A stretch of 31,017 nucleotides of DNA, taken from positions 1 through 31,017 of the IMG/VR virus record IMGVR_UViG_3300046488_000087. One strand, 5' to 3'. The position numbers and the translations under genes were made by a program. Positions within the stretch are counted from its first letter, which is position 1, and the number at the start of each line of letters is the position of its first letter. This document shows, in pieces, positions 17,630 through 25,999 of the stretch. Source of the DNA: a virus (lineage: Duplodnaviria; Caudoviricetes). Under the pieces are notes generated by a model that was not told where the DNA came from, made no database searches, and was given only the letters and a program-made list of their open reading frames with translations.

Positions 17630-17976
17630 TGAAGATAACCATGGAAGGAAAGTACCAGACAAGAGACGGTACTCCAGTAAGGTTGCTGGCAACAGACCTC
17701 AAGACCACTCCGCGCCCCGTTGTTGGAATTGTAACCGACGCTCAAAACTATGATTCGGTTCTTACGTGGAATCTAGAGGGTTTTTTAGATGAGGACGGCA
17801 GACACCGCCCCCTTGACCTCGTTCCGGCACTCACAAAATATGGGGGTTGGGGCGTGGTAAACAAACAAGGGGAACTGATTGCGGCCTTTTCCGACAAGGA
17901 CGCATGGTACCGTGCTAGCATCCGGCGGGACTTGTTTGGCGGCGACAGTGTTGTCCGCCTTAGTTGGGAGAACTGA
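17629..17976 (+). CDS. Hypothetical phage protein, YxTRxG family
   Basis: Paralog of 13891-14244; TGATG overlap with the previous ORF. Confidence 0.7.
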   Translation: MKITMEGKYQTRDGTPVRLLATDLKTTPRPVVGIVTDAQNYDSVLTWNLEGFLDEDGRHRPLDLVPALTKYGGWGVVNKQGELIAAFSDKDAWYRASIRRDLFGGDSVVRLSWEN

Positions 17977-17977
17977 C

Positions 17978-18205
17978 GTGGCCGCACTCAATCCTATCGA
18001 GGATTTCACCGAGAAGATGTCCGAAGAAGTCGCGGAGGGAAGAATCAATTCCTCTGCCGAGGGCATGGTTTCCCTGCTTTCCCAAGTTCTGAATGGTGCA
18101 CCGAACGCCACAGAGAAGCTTGCGGGGGCGTGTTATATCCGCTCTTTGCAACGCCGCGACGTTATCTATGGTACGTGGCCGAAGCTCGACCGCACGAACA
18201 ACTAG
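17978..18205 (+). CDS. Hypothetical protein (75 aa)
   Basis: GTG at 17978 follows GGGAG. Confidence 0.55.
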   Translation: MAALNPIEDFTEKMSEEVAEGRINSSAEGMVSLLSQVLNGAPNATEKLAGACYIRSLQRRDVIYGTWPKLDRTNN

Positions 18206-18214
18206 GGGGACACA

Positions 18215-18433
18215 ATGAGTGAAGAGCGGCTTGATTTTATTCTGGACGGTATTTGGGACGAACTTATGACTATGAACGCTCTCACCGCATTGAAGTTTCA
18301 GCACGACCCGTGTCTCTCTTCGGAAGAGAGGGGGTTCGTGGCGGGGGTTGCCAGTTCGGTCATTGAAGCCGAAGCTGATGCCCCCTTTCCCCATGGAGGG
18401 GAGGACGAGGAAGGGGAAGTCGGTGGCTGCTAA
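18215..18433 (+). CDS. Acidic hypothetical protein (72 aa)
   Basis: GGGGG RBS-like run; operon packing. Confidence 0.6.
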   Translation: MSEERLDFILDGIWDELMTMNALTALKFQHDPCLSSEERGFVAGVASSVIEAEADAPFPHGGEDEEGEVGGC

Positions 18434-18713
18434 GTTTGACCAGTTTGCAAATAGGGCCGCCCAATTTACCAGCAACGTCACCAAGTTGATTCGACAGGGA
18501 GCGCACGGCTGGATTCAATGGAAAGGAACGGACGTGTGCATGGACTTCAACTGCGGCAAGTGTGGCTACCGAGGGCATATTGATGACGAGTTTGTTTACT
18601 ACATTGAGTGCCCTGAGTGCCACGCCCTCTACGAAGTCAGCGGCTTCGTTGAAATGATTGAGGCGGACGAGAGCAATAGAAGCAGTGCCAAACATTGCAG
18701 GGAGGACGATTGA
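18423..18713 (+). CDS. Zn-ribbon protein
   Basis: CGKC...CPEC; GTG start at 18423 inferred. Confidence 0.65.
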   Translation: MAAKFDQFANRAAQFTSNVTKLIRQGAHGWIQWKGTDVCMDFNCGKCGYRGHIDDEFVYYIECPECHALYEVSGFVEMIEADESNRSSAKHCREDD

Positions 18714-19066
18714 AAGCGTGGGTTCATAGCGAGCACAAGTTCGCCGACGCCCTTGGCCTCACCCGCCTTGAGCACTCGAAAACAAACTGGGGGGCAGTGT
18801 GCCCTGACGCACTTGGGGGCGGGGAGTATGGAGGCCCCCCGCTCCTGCTGGAATCCAAGTCGCGCAAGAGTGGCTTTCCCAAGCTGATTCAGGACGCGAT
18901 GGCGCAGGCCCTCTCGTATAAAGAGTGCAAGGGGAGGGTGCCGGTGGTGGGGCTGCATAGAAATGGTGGACGTAAAAACGAGGACTGGCTTTGTGTCCTG
19001 CAACTCAAAGATTTTGTGGAGATAGTTAGTGCATGGGATGGGAGGTTCTATGAGAAAACTGGGTAA
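18710..19066 (+). CDS. PD-(D/E)XK nuclease, Holliday junction resolvase-like
   Basis: E...CPD...LLESK...PVVGLHRN...WLCVL pattern; TTG at 18710 follows GGAGG. Confidence 0.7.
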   Translation: MKAWVHSEHKFADALGLTRLEHSKTNWGAVCPDALGGGEYGGPPLLLESKSRKSGFPKLIQDAMAQALSYKECKGRVPVVGLHRNGGRKNEDWLCVLQLKDFVEIVSAWDGRFYEKTG

Positions 19067-19283
19067 GGTAGTTTTTATGGGCGAGGCGGAGTACTGGACA
19101 ACACTTCGCCGGACGAGTGATGACGACGATAAAATGTTTACCGCTGGAAACAATGCGGGGAAGTTTCACAGTGCTGGCGGGTATAGTCATACCTTGCCAA
19201 AACTCAAAGAAGAACTGCGCCAACTGCGGGAGCAGGTTGCCCGCTACCAGACAATCGCCGAGATATTCGAGGTGAACGCGTGA
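19050..19283 (+). CDS. Hypothetical protein (77 aa)
   Basis: GGAGGT RBS; C-terminal coiled-coil. Confidence 0.6.
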   Translation: MRKLGKVVFMGEAEYWTTLRRTSDDDDKMFTAGNNAGKFHSAGGYSHTLPKLKEELRQLREQVARYQTIAEIFEVNA

Positions 19284-19432
19284 GTACAAGAAAATCCCTG
19301 AATCCCGCGTGCTGGGATTGTAAGTTCTACCTCGCCTTGAATGGCGTTCCCATGTGCTGCGTCACGGCGAAGAACGTAAAGATTGCCATGATGCCGATGC
19401 GGTGCGAGATGCGGGAAAAGGTGAAGAAATGA
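19280..19432 (+). CDS. Small Cys-rich protein (50 aa)
   Basis: GTGA and ATGA overlaps; CWDC...CC...C. Confidence 0.5.
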   Translation: MSTRKSLNPACWDCKFYLALNGVPMCCVTAKNVKIAMMPMRCEMREKVKK

Positions 19433-19794
19433 GCGAGTTTACGAGCTTGGAGGCCAGCAAGCGGCTGGCTGTGGCGGGGTTTGAGGCGCCGGAAGGATTT
19501 GACACCGTTGGCTATCCGTTCAAATGGCTGGAGCGCGCCCCTGGCGATGTTGACCTTGTAGAAGGTTGGCATGGGGCGGAAAGCGGAGACGGCCCGATTG
19601 CTTACCGTGCCGACACCCTTCTTGCGTGGCTGCTGAACAAAGAATGGGATATTGACATCGGTCAACTCCATAAGTTGAATGATAAGATAGTCATTGACGC
19701 GGTGCTATCTGGAACGAATCAGAATATAGCGACTGAGGGGCCTACCCTCTGTGACGCCCTGGCGGAATTGGTATTGAAGGTGATAAATGCCTGA
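19429..19794 (+). CDS. Hypothetical phage protein, SLExxKxLxxAGF family
   Basis: N-terminus FTSLEASKRLAVAGF resembles VPSLEVCQQLKVAGF of 24198-24653. Confidence 0.65.
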   Translation: MSEFTSLEASKRLAVAGFEAPEGFDTVGYPFKWLERAPGDVDLVEGWHGAESGDGPIAYRADTLLAWLLNKEWDIDIGQLHKLNDKIVIDAVLSGTNQNIATEGPTLCDALAELVLKVINA

Positions 19795-20965
19795 GCGCGT
19801 CAGTAAGAACGAGGAGCTGGCCGTTTTAACGTGGGCCGTTACCCACCCCAAAGACGACATTCCCCTTGTCCCTTCCGACTTCTTTTTTCCCGACCATCAG
19901 CTCATGTGGAAGCTCATTAAGGCTGGTTTTAATGACAAGGTACGATTAGAGATTGAGCTGGGCAAGGTCAACAAGGCCCGCCTCGTGGACGAGTTGTGCG
20001 TGGAAGTCGTTGACATAGAACCTCTCTGGCAGGACTTGGCGCAGAAGGCGCAGGGGCGTGAACTCATACGCATGCTTGAAAGCCAGCAGGAGAACCCCGA
20101 CCCGTTAGCCATCGAAGCCTTTATCCAAAGCATGAGGACGGTCGGGCAGGCGAAACCCATCAGCCAGCTCTTCAACATGGACGAGATCGAGGGGCTGTCG
20201 AAGATGAGGATTTTTAAGACCGGCTTCACTACCCTTGACAAGTTTACCAAGCTGATGAAGGGAGAGTATTGGGTGCTGGCGGGGGAGACCTCTCACGGCA
20301 AGACCCAGATGGCCCTCAATATGGCGGTGAACCTTTGCCGCAACCAAGGCGCGAAGGTGTTGTTTGTCTCGCTGGAAATGACCTACTACCAAATCTTTAT
20401 ACGGCTGGTCAACATGCTCTACGACTTTCCGCTGGAACAGTGCGACTATGGCAACCCGCAGTTCTTGTCTTTCTTCTACAAAATGTTTATCGAGAACGAG
20501 TGGTTGAACAACCTGTGGGTGCAGGAAAGCTGCTCCAACGAACTCTCCGCCGTCCTCGGCTATATTCGTCAGGTCAAGCCAGACGTGGCAATCATTGATT
20601 ATCTGCAACTGATACAGATCGGTGGAAACTCGGGGGAAGAGAAGGTAGTTAATCAGGTAACGACCACACTCCGCGCCCGCGCCCAGCACCAGCCCATTAT
20701 TATGCTGTCACAATTCAGCAGAGGGCAGCCAGGAGACGAGAAAGCCAGTTTGCGGCGGCTCAAGGGCAGCTCCGCCGTCGAGCAGTCCGCCTCCGTCGTG
20801 GTCTTTGTAGAAGCAGAGACAAAGGGCCTCGACCCCGAAACGCAAAGGGAAAAAAGGGCGTGGACATATCGCCTCGTGAAAAATAGAAACTGGGGTACGA
20901 CTGCCGATTATCCAATAAATATGAACGCGCATTACGGAAAGATGTCAGAAGAGGTGATTCAATGA
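19787..20965 (+). CDS. dnaB: DnaB-like replicative helicase
   Basis: SF4 motifs LAGETSHGKT, FVSLEM, IIDYLQL, LSQFSR, LKGSSAVEQ and KNRNWG. Confidence 0.9.
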   Translation: MPERVSKNEELAVLTWAVTHPKDDIPLVPSDFFFPDHQLMWKLIKAGFNDKVRLEIELGKVNKARLVDELCVEVVDIEPLWQDLAQKAQGRELIRMLESQQENPDPLAIEAFIQSMRTVGQAKPISQLFNMDEIEGLSKMRIFKTGFTTLDKFTKLMKGEYWVLAGETSHGKTQMALNMAVNLCRNQGAKVLFVSLEMTYYQIFIRLVNMLYDFPLEQCDYGNPQFLSFFYKMFIENEWLNNLWVQESCSNELSAVLGYIRQVKPDVAIIDYLQLIQIGGNSGEEKVVNQVTTTLRARAQHQPIIMLSQFSRGQPGDEKASLRRLKGSSAVEQSASVVVFVEAETKGLDPETQREKRAWTYRLVKNRNWGTTADYPINMNAHYGKMSEEVIQ

Positions 20966-21321
20966 CAAAGGTAGAAGAACTACGAGAACCCGCCTACAAC
21001 GATGTAGCACACTATCTGTTCGACTGTGGGCATGGTGACAATGCGGAGAAAGAGGCAACTGCCGAGATTGACCTCCTCATCGCCGCCGCCCGCGCAGAAG
21101 GGTTTGCCGAGGGGGTAGAATGGACAACGAGCGAACTGGCCGTTGAGTCCCCCGCCATGGTAGAATTGCCAAAATCCTATGGTGATTCCCTGCCCATAAA
21201 GGAGAAACCCGCCTACTACGCCGTTGGTGACAATGGCCAATCTGGACAAGCCGCAACATCGTCGGGTGCATATTGGAAGTCGATCTATGTGTCGCCACCT
21301 GAAATAAATGGAGGTGAGTAA
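20962..21321 (+). CDS. Hypothetical protein, paralog of 23639-23962
   Basis: MTKVEELR...IDLLIAAARAEG is shared with the ORF at 23639. Confidence 0.65.
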   Translation: MTKVEELREPAYNDVAHYLFDCGHGDNAEKEATAEIDLLIAAARAEGFAEGVEWTTSELAVESPAMVELPKSYGDSLPIKEKPAYYAVGDNGQSGQAATSSGAYWKSIYVSPPEINGGE

Positions 21322-21590
21322 TGCAGCGGCTAGGCTTTGTCTTTCATGAAGACCTTGAACTTAAGGACGAGTTCGGCCCCATGGTGGAGGCATGGATGAA
21401 CAACACGGGGCACACTGACCGCCGCATCCTATCTCAGGATTGCCTTCACGACCTCTTAGTCAACTGCGCGTGGTGGAAGGGGAAAATGGAAGCCGATTAT
21501 AACCGCTATCGCGGGTCGTATCTGCCCACCGTTGCCTTGCACGGCGACCTCATGGAGACCGACAATGGGTTTCGTGCTGTGGGCAATTGA
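21321..21590 (+). CDS. Hypothetical protein (89 aa)
   Basis: GGAGGTG RBS; TAATG overlap. Confidence 0.65.
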   Translation: MQRLGFVFHEDLELKDEFGPMVEAWMNNTGHTDRRILSQDCLHDLLVNCAWWKGKMEADYNRYRGSYLPTVALHGDLMETDNGFRAVGN

Positions 21591-21614
21591 CGCTTTTCTT
21601 CTGGGGGTGGCGAC

Positions 21615-22298
21615 ATGGATAGTCGTGAAGCAACCATTACTGTAAGCCCAACAAGTATCAGCTTTTACCTAGATTGTCCTCTCGCGTGGCGGCACCGCTA
21701 CCTCGATAGTTGGGATGTTCCTGACGCGGCCCCCGCTCTGGCGGGCAGTTTCCTCCACAAGACCGTCGCCGACTTCTTAACGGGCGGGCCGCTTCCATTG
21801 TGGGGCGACCTCATGGACGAGATTTCAGAGAAAACGGACTCCGACCCCTTCGCCGCCAAGGAACAGGCAGAGAAGCAGTGGGGCGTCTGGTCGGCAAACA
21901 CTCTCTTCCGCGCCCCCGATGGGGTAGAGATTGAGATACGGACGGACGACCCGACCCTGGGGCACGTTCACTGTTTCCTCGACTACGTTCAAGTTCCCGT
22001 CCTCGTTGACCACAAGTTTGTCGGGAAGCTGGGGCGCAAGAAAGAGGCGTTGCAGTTGGCCTTCTACCGCCGCTTTGCCCCCTGCACGACGAGGTGGGCG
22101 TATGAGCTGATCAGCCCCGAAGAGTACAAAGTTCAGTGGGTGAGTGTGCTTGAAATGGACAAGGCCGATGCCCTGATTGACGCGACCCTTGACTGCATCA
22201 AGGAAGGGGATTTTACAGCTGCGCCGAAAAGGTACGGGCGCGACCCCTACTGCGTCTATTGTCCATTTTGTGAGAATTGTGAGGAGGCGAGAAGATGA
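21615..22298 (+). CDS. Cas4/RecB-like PD-(D/E)XK exonuclease
   Basis: SPTSISFYLDCP...GSFLH...LD...VDHK...QLAFY...CVYCPFCENC, i.e. one N-terminal plus clustered C-terminal Cys consistent with an Fe-S site. Confidence 0.8.
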   Translation: MDSREATITVSPTSISFYLDCPLAWRHRYLDSWDVPDAAPALAGSFLHKTVADFLTGGPLPLWGDLMDEISEKTDSDPFAAKEQAEKQWGVWSANTLFRAPDGVEIEIRTDDPTLGHVHCFLDYVQVPVLVDHKFVGKLGRKKEALQLAFYRRFAPCTTRWAYELISPEEYKVQWVSVLEMDKADALIDATLDCIKEGDFTAAPKRYGRDPYCVYCPFCENCEEARR

Positions 22299-22492
22299 AA
22301 GAGATACCAAGCGGATTTTCTTGCAATGGTTGTGTCTTTCTGGGGGCAGATGATGACGGGTGGATAGACCTGTACCAGTGTACCCTGTTAATTGGTGCCT
22401 GGGGAGAGAGCGGGGAGCGGATTAGTGAATGTCTTGCCACCTATCCCAACGGAGCAACGGTGACGATTGTACCAAAGGAGAGGGCGGGCTAG
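22295..22492 (+). CDS. Small Cys-rich protein (65 aa)
   Basis: CNGC...C...C; ATGA overlap. Confidence 0.6.
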   Translation: MKEIPSGFSCNGCVFLGADDDGWIDLYQCTLLIGAWGESGERISECLATYPNGATVTIVPKERAG

Positions 22493-22505
22493 TGTAATTT
22501 ACCCC

Positions 22506-22533
22506 TTGCAGGAATTACGAAACTCCGTATAAT
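22506..22533 (+). promoter_or_regulatory. Sigma70-type promoter
   Basis: TTGCAG, 16-nt spacer, TATAAT; a near-identical copy lies on the minus strand at 27343-27370. Confidence 0.75.
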
Positions 22534-22589
22534 AGTAATATAGGAAATACGGGCAAGTCGCTATCGGCGCACCGTAATAGGAGGTTCAA

Positions 22590-23156
22590 ATGGGTGAAAA
22601 CTACAGCAGCAGGAAGTGGACGGTTTCTGACATTATCGACACCTACGGCCCGTCTAAGATGGGGTCGTTCAAGCTGACCTTCAAGGCGACGGACGGGAAT
22701 ATCTCCACTACCGTCAAAAAGTGGTTCAATAAGGGCGAGGCATTGTGGGAGAACGGCAAGGAGTTCACCGCTGCGCTTGAGGAAGTCACCAATACCTACG
22801 GCACCGATCTCATGGTGAAAGAGGACAAGCCCGCTTTCGGGGGTGGTTTCAAGAAGGATGACCCTCAAAAGGAAGCCCGCATCATGCGGGGCAACGCCCT
22901 GAACGCGGCGAGTTATCTGTTCGCGGGGAAGGGAAAGGACTGCCAGGGCGCAATGTGGGCCACCTTCCGTGCGATGGATGAGTTCCTGAAAACAGAGAAG
23001 CGGGTTAGAATGTCCACCACCGAGCAGCACGCGGCCATCGTCAAGATGTTCAAGGACGATATTCCAAACGCCCGCGCCGCAGTGTGGAGCAAGTTCGGGC
23101 GGGAGTATATTGAGGAACTTTCGTTCGAGGAGGCGGCTTCTTTTCGTGGGGAATGA
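22590..23156 (+). CDS. Putative ssDNA-binding/annealing protein
   Basis: 188 aa with its own promoter and AGGAGG RBS. Beta-rich N-terminus, GGGFKK linker, then IMRGNALNAA helix. Next to the exonuclease. Function is inference. Confidence 0.5.
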   Translation: MGENYSSRKWTVSDIIDTYGPSKMGSFKLTFKATDGNISTTVKKWFNKGEALWENGKEFTAALEEVTNTYGTDLMVKEDKPAFGGGFKKDDPQKEARIMRGNALNAASYLFAGKGKDCQGAMWATFRAMDEFLKTEKRVRMSTTEQHAAIVKMFKDDIPNARAAVWSKFGREYIEELSFEEAASFRGE

Positions 23157-23282
23157 AGACCCCCGCCTAGCCCTTCTTCTTTGGACGTTCGATGCACACG
23201 AGGTAGACCAATGAAGGCAAAGGAGGCCGGCAATGACAAGTAAGGTAGAGGAACTGAACAAGAAGGCTGAGGGGGTGAAGAT

Positions 23283-23468
23283 ATGACCTATATCATCAGC
23301 AAGGAAGTTGATAGTGCTTGTCTGAACTGTACCCGATTGGGTAATGGCTGCGCGGGCGGTGTGCCGCGAACGAACGTGTCAATGTCTTGCCGGCGGACGC
23401 CCGACGCCACATGGAACGGCGATCATGGCGGGTTCACAGTGAAGGAGGCGGCTAGTGAAGTGCATTGA
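23283..23468 (+). CDS. Small Cys-rich protein (61 aa)
   Basis: CLNC...C...C. Confidence 0.55.
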   Translation: MTYIISKEVDSACLNCTRLGNGCAGGVPRTNVSMSCRRTPDATWNGDHGGFTVKEAASEVH

Positions 23469-23655
23469 TTGCGGCAAGCACGGCATGGTTTTTTGCGCTA
23501 TGGGTGAGACGATTTTGAAGTCTGAACTGTGTTGCCAAGCGAGCAACGAAAAAGTGGTCGTGGCGGGCGCAACCAAAGCGGTCATGACGGCAACGGAAGC
23601 GCCCACATGGTGTCCGCTGAAGCATGAGGAGGCCGACAATGGCAACAAGGGTTGA
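23455..23655 (+). CDS. Small Cys-rich protein (66 aa)
   Basis: CIDC...CC...PTWCPL; AAGGAGG RBS. Confidence 0.6.
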   Translation: MKCIDCGKHGMVFCAMGETILKSELCCQASNEKVVVAGATKAVMTATEAPTWCPLKHEEADNGNKG

Positions 23656-23962
23656 GGAACTGCGAAAAGTGATTGTCAGTGATTGGTGGTTTGAGCAAAA
23701 AGTTATGGATGAGGTTGATGCCCTTATTTCTGCCGCCCGCGCAGAGGGGGCGGAGCAGGAGAGGGAGAGGATAAGAAAAGTCTCTCGCTTCCTTCTGGCA
23801 AACGAGAACGTGGAAGAAGGTTTTGAGTTGTGTACTGGCGACGAGGAGTATGGCAGTTATATTATTGTGCCAACAGACAATTACCGACTGGTGCGAGAAA
23901 CGGATATGTTCCCTGAAGTTCCCGCTTCCGTCCTCGCCCCTGATACAAAGGAGGGGAAGTGA
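23639..23962 (+). CDS. Hypothetical protein, paralog of 20962-21321
   Basis: MATRVEELR...VDALISAARAEG; GAGGAGG RBS. Confidence 0.65.
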   Translation: MATRVEELRKVIVSDWWFEQKVMDEVDALISAARAEGAEQERERIRKVSRFLLANENVEEGFELCTGDEEYGSYIIVPTDNYRLVRETDMFPEVPASVLAPDTKEGK

Positions 23963-24201
23963 GCGACAAGGCGAAGAAACTCCAAACCATGCTGGAGGGG
24001 CTAGGGCACAAGAATGTGAGGGTGTGGTGGGAGCCGATTAATAACGTGGTCAGTGCCCCAAAAGGCTGGATGTACTACAGCGACAACGAGAGGCTTGCCG
24101 AAGGAGAGGGGCTTGGCATCGGCTACAACTTCGCGGAGGCAACAGAATACATCCGCCTGTACATGAAAGCGGCGACCCCTGCCCCAAAGGAGAAGCCATG
24201 A
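23959..24201 (+). CDS. Hypothetical protein (80 aa)
   Basis: GTGA overlap; AAGGAGG RBS. Confidence 0.65.
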   Translation: MSDKAKKLQTMLEGLGHKNVRVWWEPINNVVSAPKGWMYYSDNERLAEGEGLGIGYNFAEATEYIRLYMKAATPAPKEKP

Positions 24202-24653
24202 CTCTCACTGACCTTGTTCCTTCTCTTGAAGTCTGCCAGCAGTTGAAGGTGGCTGGATTCCCGCAGGATACGGCGATGGTGTGGGCGAATAAACATGATT
24301 TTGACGACGACACCGACCCCTTCACGTTTAATGTTGCAGATTGGATTGTTGTAGAAAGAATCGGAATGCTTGACGATGATGGAGACCCGATGAACGAGTT
24401 TGTTGCCGCCCCTACCGCCGAGGGGATCCTGAGGGAGTTGCCGCCCTATTTACGGGGAAGTTGCGTTCAACTTGATTTGAACGTATCGCATGTGGTAGGC
24501 TGCAATTTTGACGGCGTACAACAAGAACCGTTGTGGATAGTCCAATGGTGTTGCCCAGAAATAGATGAGGTTGTGGGGAGACAAGAGTCGCGGTCTTTTC
24601 TTGTCCTTGCCGCTTCTGCCGCCTATTTCTGGTGGAAAGGGGAGAAGCCATGA
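24198..24653 (+). CDS. Hypothetical phage protein, SLExxxxLxxAGF family
   Basis: Related to 19429-19794; APTAEGILRELP motif. Confidence 0.65.
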   Translation: MTLTDLVPSLEVCQQLKVAGFPQDTAMVWANKHDFDDDTDPFTFNVADWIVVERIGMLDDDGDPMNEFVAAPTAEGILRELPPYLRGSCVQLDLNVSHVVGCNFDGVQQEPLWIVQWCCPEIDEVVGRQESRSFLVLAASAAYFWWKGEKP

Positions 24654-24961
24654 ACTACGACACGATGAGTGTGCAAGGTTTACTTGACCGGTATGTCAGA
24701 GTCACAAATACCGATGTCACGAGTTCCCACTATGAGGGACAAAAGCCCGCAGAATTGGAGCGAACCGTCTCCGCCCTCCGCAAGGCCGTCATCCGAGAGG
24801 CAAGCGTGGGGGAAGTGACCGTGAAGGTTACAGAGAGCGAAGATGAACTCACTGCTCCTGTCGGCTCTCCCGATAGAATCGTTACGTGTTCTGAGCAGAT
24901 TGTTTCTCAGGCTTGGGTTCCAGAAGGGAAGTATAACCTTGTACCAAAGGAGACCCCATGA
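24650..24961 (+). CDS. Hypothetical protein (103 aa)
   Basis: ATGA overlap; GGAG RBS. Confidence 0.65.
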   Translation: MNYDTMSVQGLLDRYVRVTNTDVTSSHYEGQKPAELERTVSALRKAVIREASVGEVTVKVTESEDELTAPVGSPDRIVTCSEQIVSQAWVPEGKYNLVPKETP

Positions 24962-25110
24962 AGGGCGACCAGTTCGCGCCAATTGAGGCACCTTATCTGA
25001 AATTATGGAGGGAGAGACTGGCAGATAAAGACACTCCCCGCCCGACGAAGGAATTAGACAAGGTGGTGGCGCAGATTAAGAAAGGAAAACTTCCCAAAAG
25101 GAGAAAATGA
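24958..25110 (+). CDS. Small basic protein (50 aa)
   Basis: MKGDQFAPIEAPYLKLW...; ATGA overlaps at both ends. Confidence 0.55.
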   Translation: MKGDQFAPIEAPYLKLWRERLADKDTPRPTKELDKVVAQIKKGKLPKRRK

Positions 25111-25508
25111 TGTCCGTATTCAGCGGAAACCCGCCACCGCCTTCGGGCAATGACGGCGCGTACGACCTCCTTTTCCAATTAGACGCGTTCAGGGCGCAGA
25201 CAAAATTTGCCTTGAACTGCCTCCCCTACAAGATTCGCATGGCCGCTCCGTCAATAAAAGAGTTAGCGGACGAGTTCTGCTCTAGTTCTATTGGGCAAGG
25301 AACGGCGGCGGATAGTCTAATGGGGATTCGCGTTGTGGAGTGTTCCCTTGTTCCCGACCATGAGGCGTGGGTTTTCTACCGCGACTTAGCCGCCGAGTTG
25401 GGGTTCAGCGTAAAGAAAATCAAGTGGGGCAAACCCAAAAGCCCCCTTTCGGGGGCTGAGTTTAGGGCAACCGAGCATCCTGTTTTACGGGTTCGCGCCC
25501 CTGCATGA
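25107..25508 (+). CDS. Hypothetical protein (133 aa)
   Basis: AAGGAG RBS. Confidence 0.6.
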   Translation: MMSVFSGNPPPPSGNDGAYDLLFQLDAFRAQTKFALNCLPYKIRMAAPSIKELADEFCSSSIGQGTAADSLMGIRVVECSLVPDHEAWVFYRDLAAELGFSVKKIKWGKPKSPLSGAEFRATEHPVLRVRAPA

Positions 25509-25573
25509 GATACATCTTCAATCCCGTGAGGAGCATTTCCCCGTACGTCACCCCGTCCTCGATGGCGCGGTAC

Positions 25574-25601
25574 TTGACAATGTAATTGTTCCAAATATAA
25601 T
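25574..25601 (+). promoter_or_regulatory. Consensus sigma70-type promoter
   Basis: TTGACA, 16-nt spacer, TATAAT. Confidence 0.75.
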
Positions 25602-25633
25602 AAAACCCCCGTGGAGTGGGGTAAGGAGGCAAC

Positions 25634-25969
25634 TTGGGTATCTATGCCAAAGATATCTTAGATTTCCAGCACCACATGCGGCGACTGGTCAAAGACGAGT
25701 TTCCATCGGCATTTGGCGGCAAAGCCGAGGTTGGGCACCACTTGCTGCGGCGGCTGAACCACCCCAGCCAAGTGAACGATCCCCGCGTCATCGTTCCCGT
25801 CACGGCGAAGCAACACGACCAATTTCATGCCAACCCGCCGACCATTGTGTTTTTAGGGTTTTCCCTAGACAGGAACAACGAGATTGTCGGAGTCCTGTTT
25901 GATTACCACGGCAAGGAGTATGGGTGGTTAAATAGAAAGTGGCTTGAGGCATGGAAGGCGATAGATTAA
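25634..25969 (+). CDS. Small HNH-like protein
   Basis: VGHHLLRR...VNDPRVIVPVTAKQHDQFH resembles an HNH motif; AAGGAGG RBS before a TTG start. Confidence 0.55.
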   Translation: MGIYAKDILDFQHHMRRLVKDEFPSAFGGKAEVGHHLLRRLNHPSQVNDPRVIVPVTAKQHDQFHANPPTIVFLGFSLDRNNEIVGVLFDYHGKEYGWLNRKWLEAWKAID

Positions 25970-25974
25970 ACACT

Positions 25975-25996
25975 AAGGCCCCGCAAGGGGCCTTTT
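25975..25996 (+). terminator. Intrinsic terminator ending plus-strand transcription
   Basis: AAGGCCCC-GCAA-GGGGCCTT-TT. Confidence 0.8.
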
Positions 25997-25999
25997 CCA

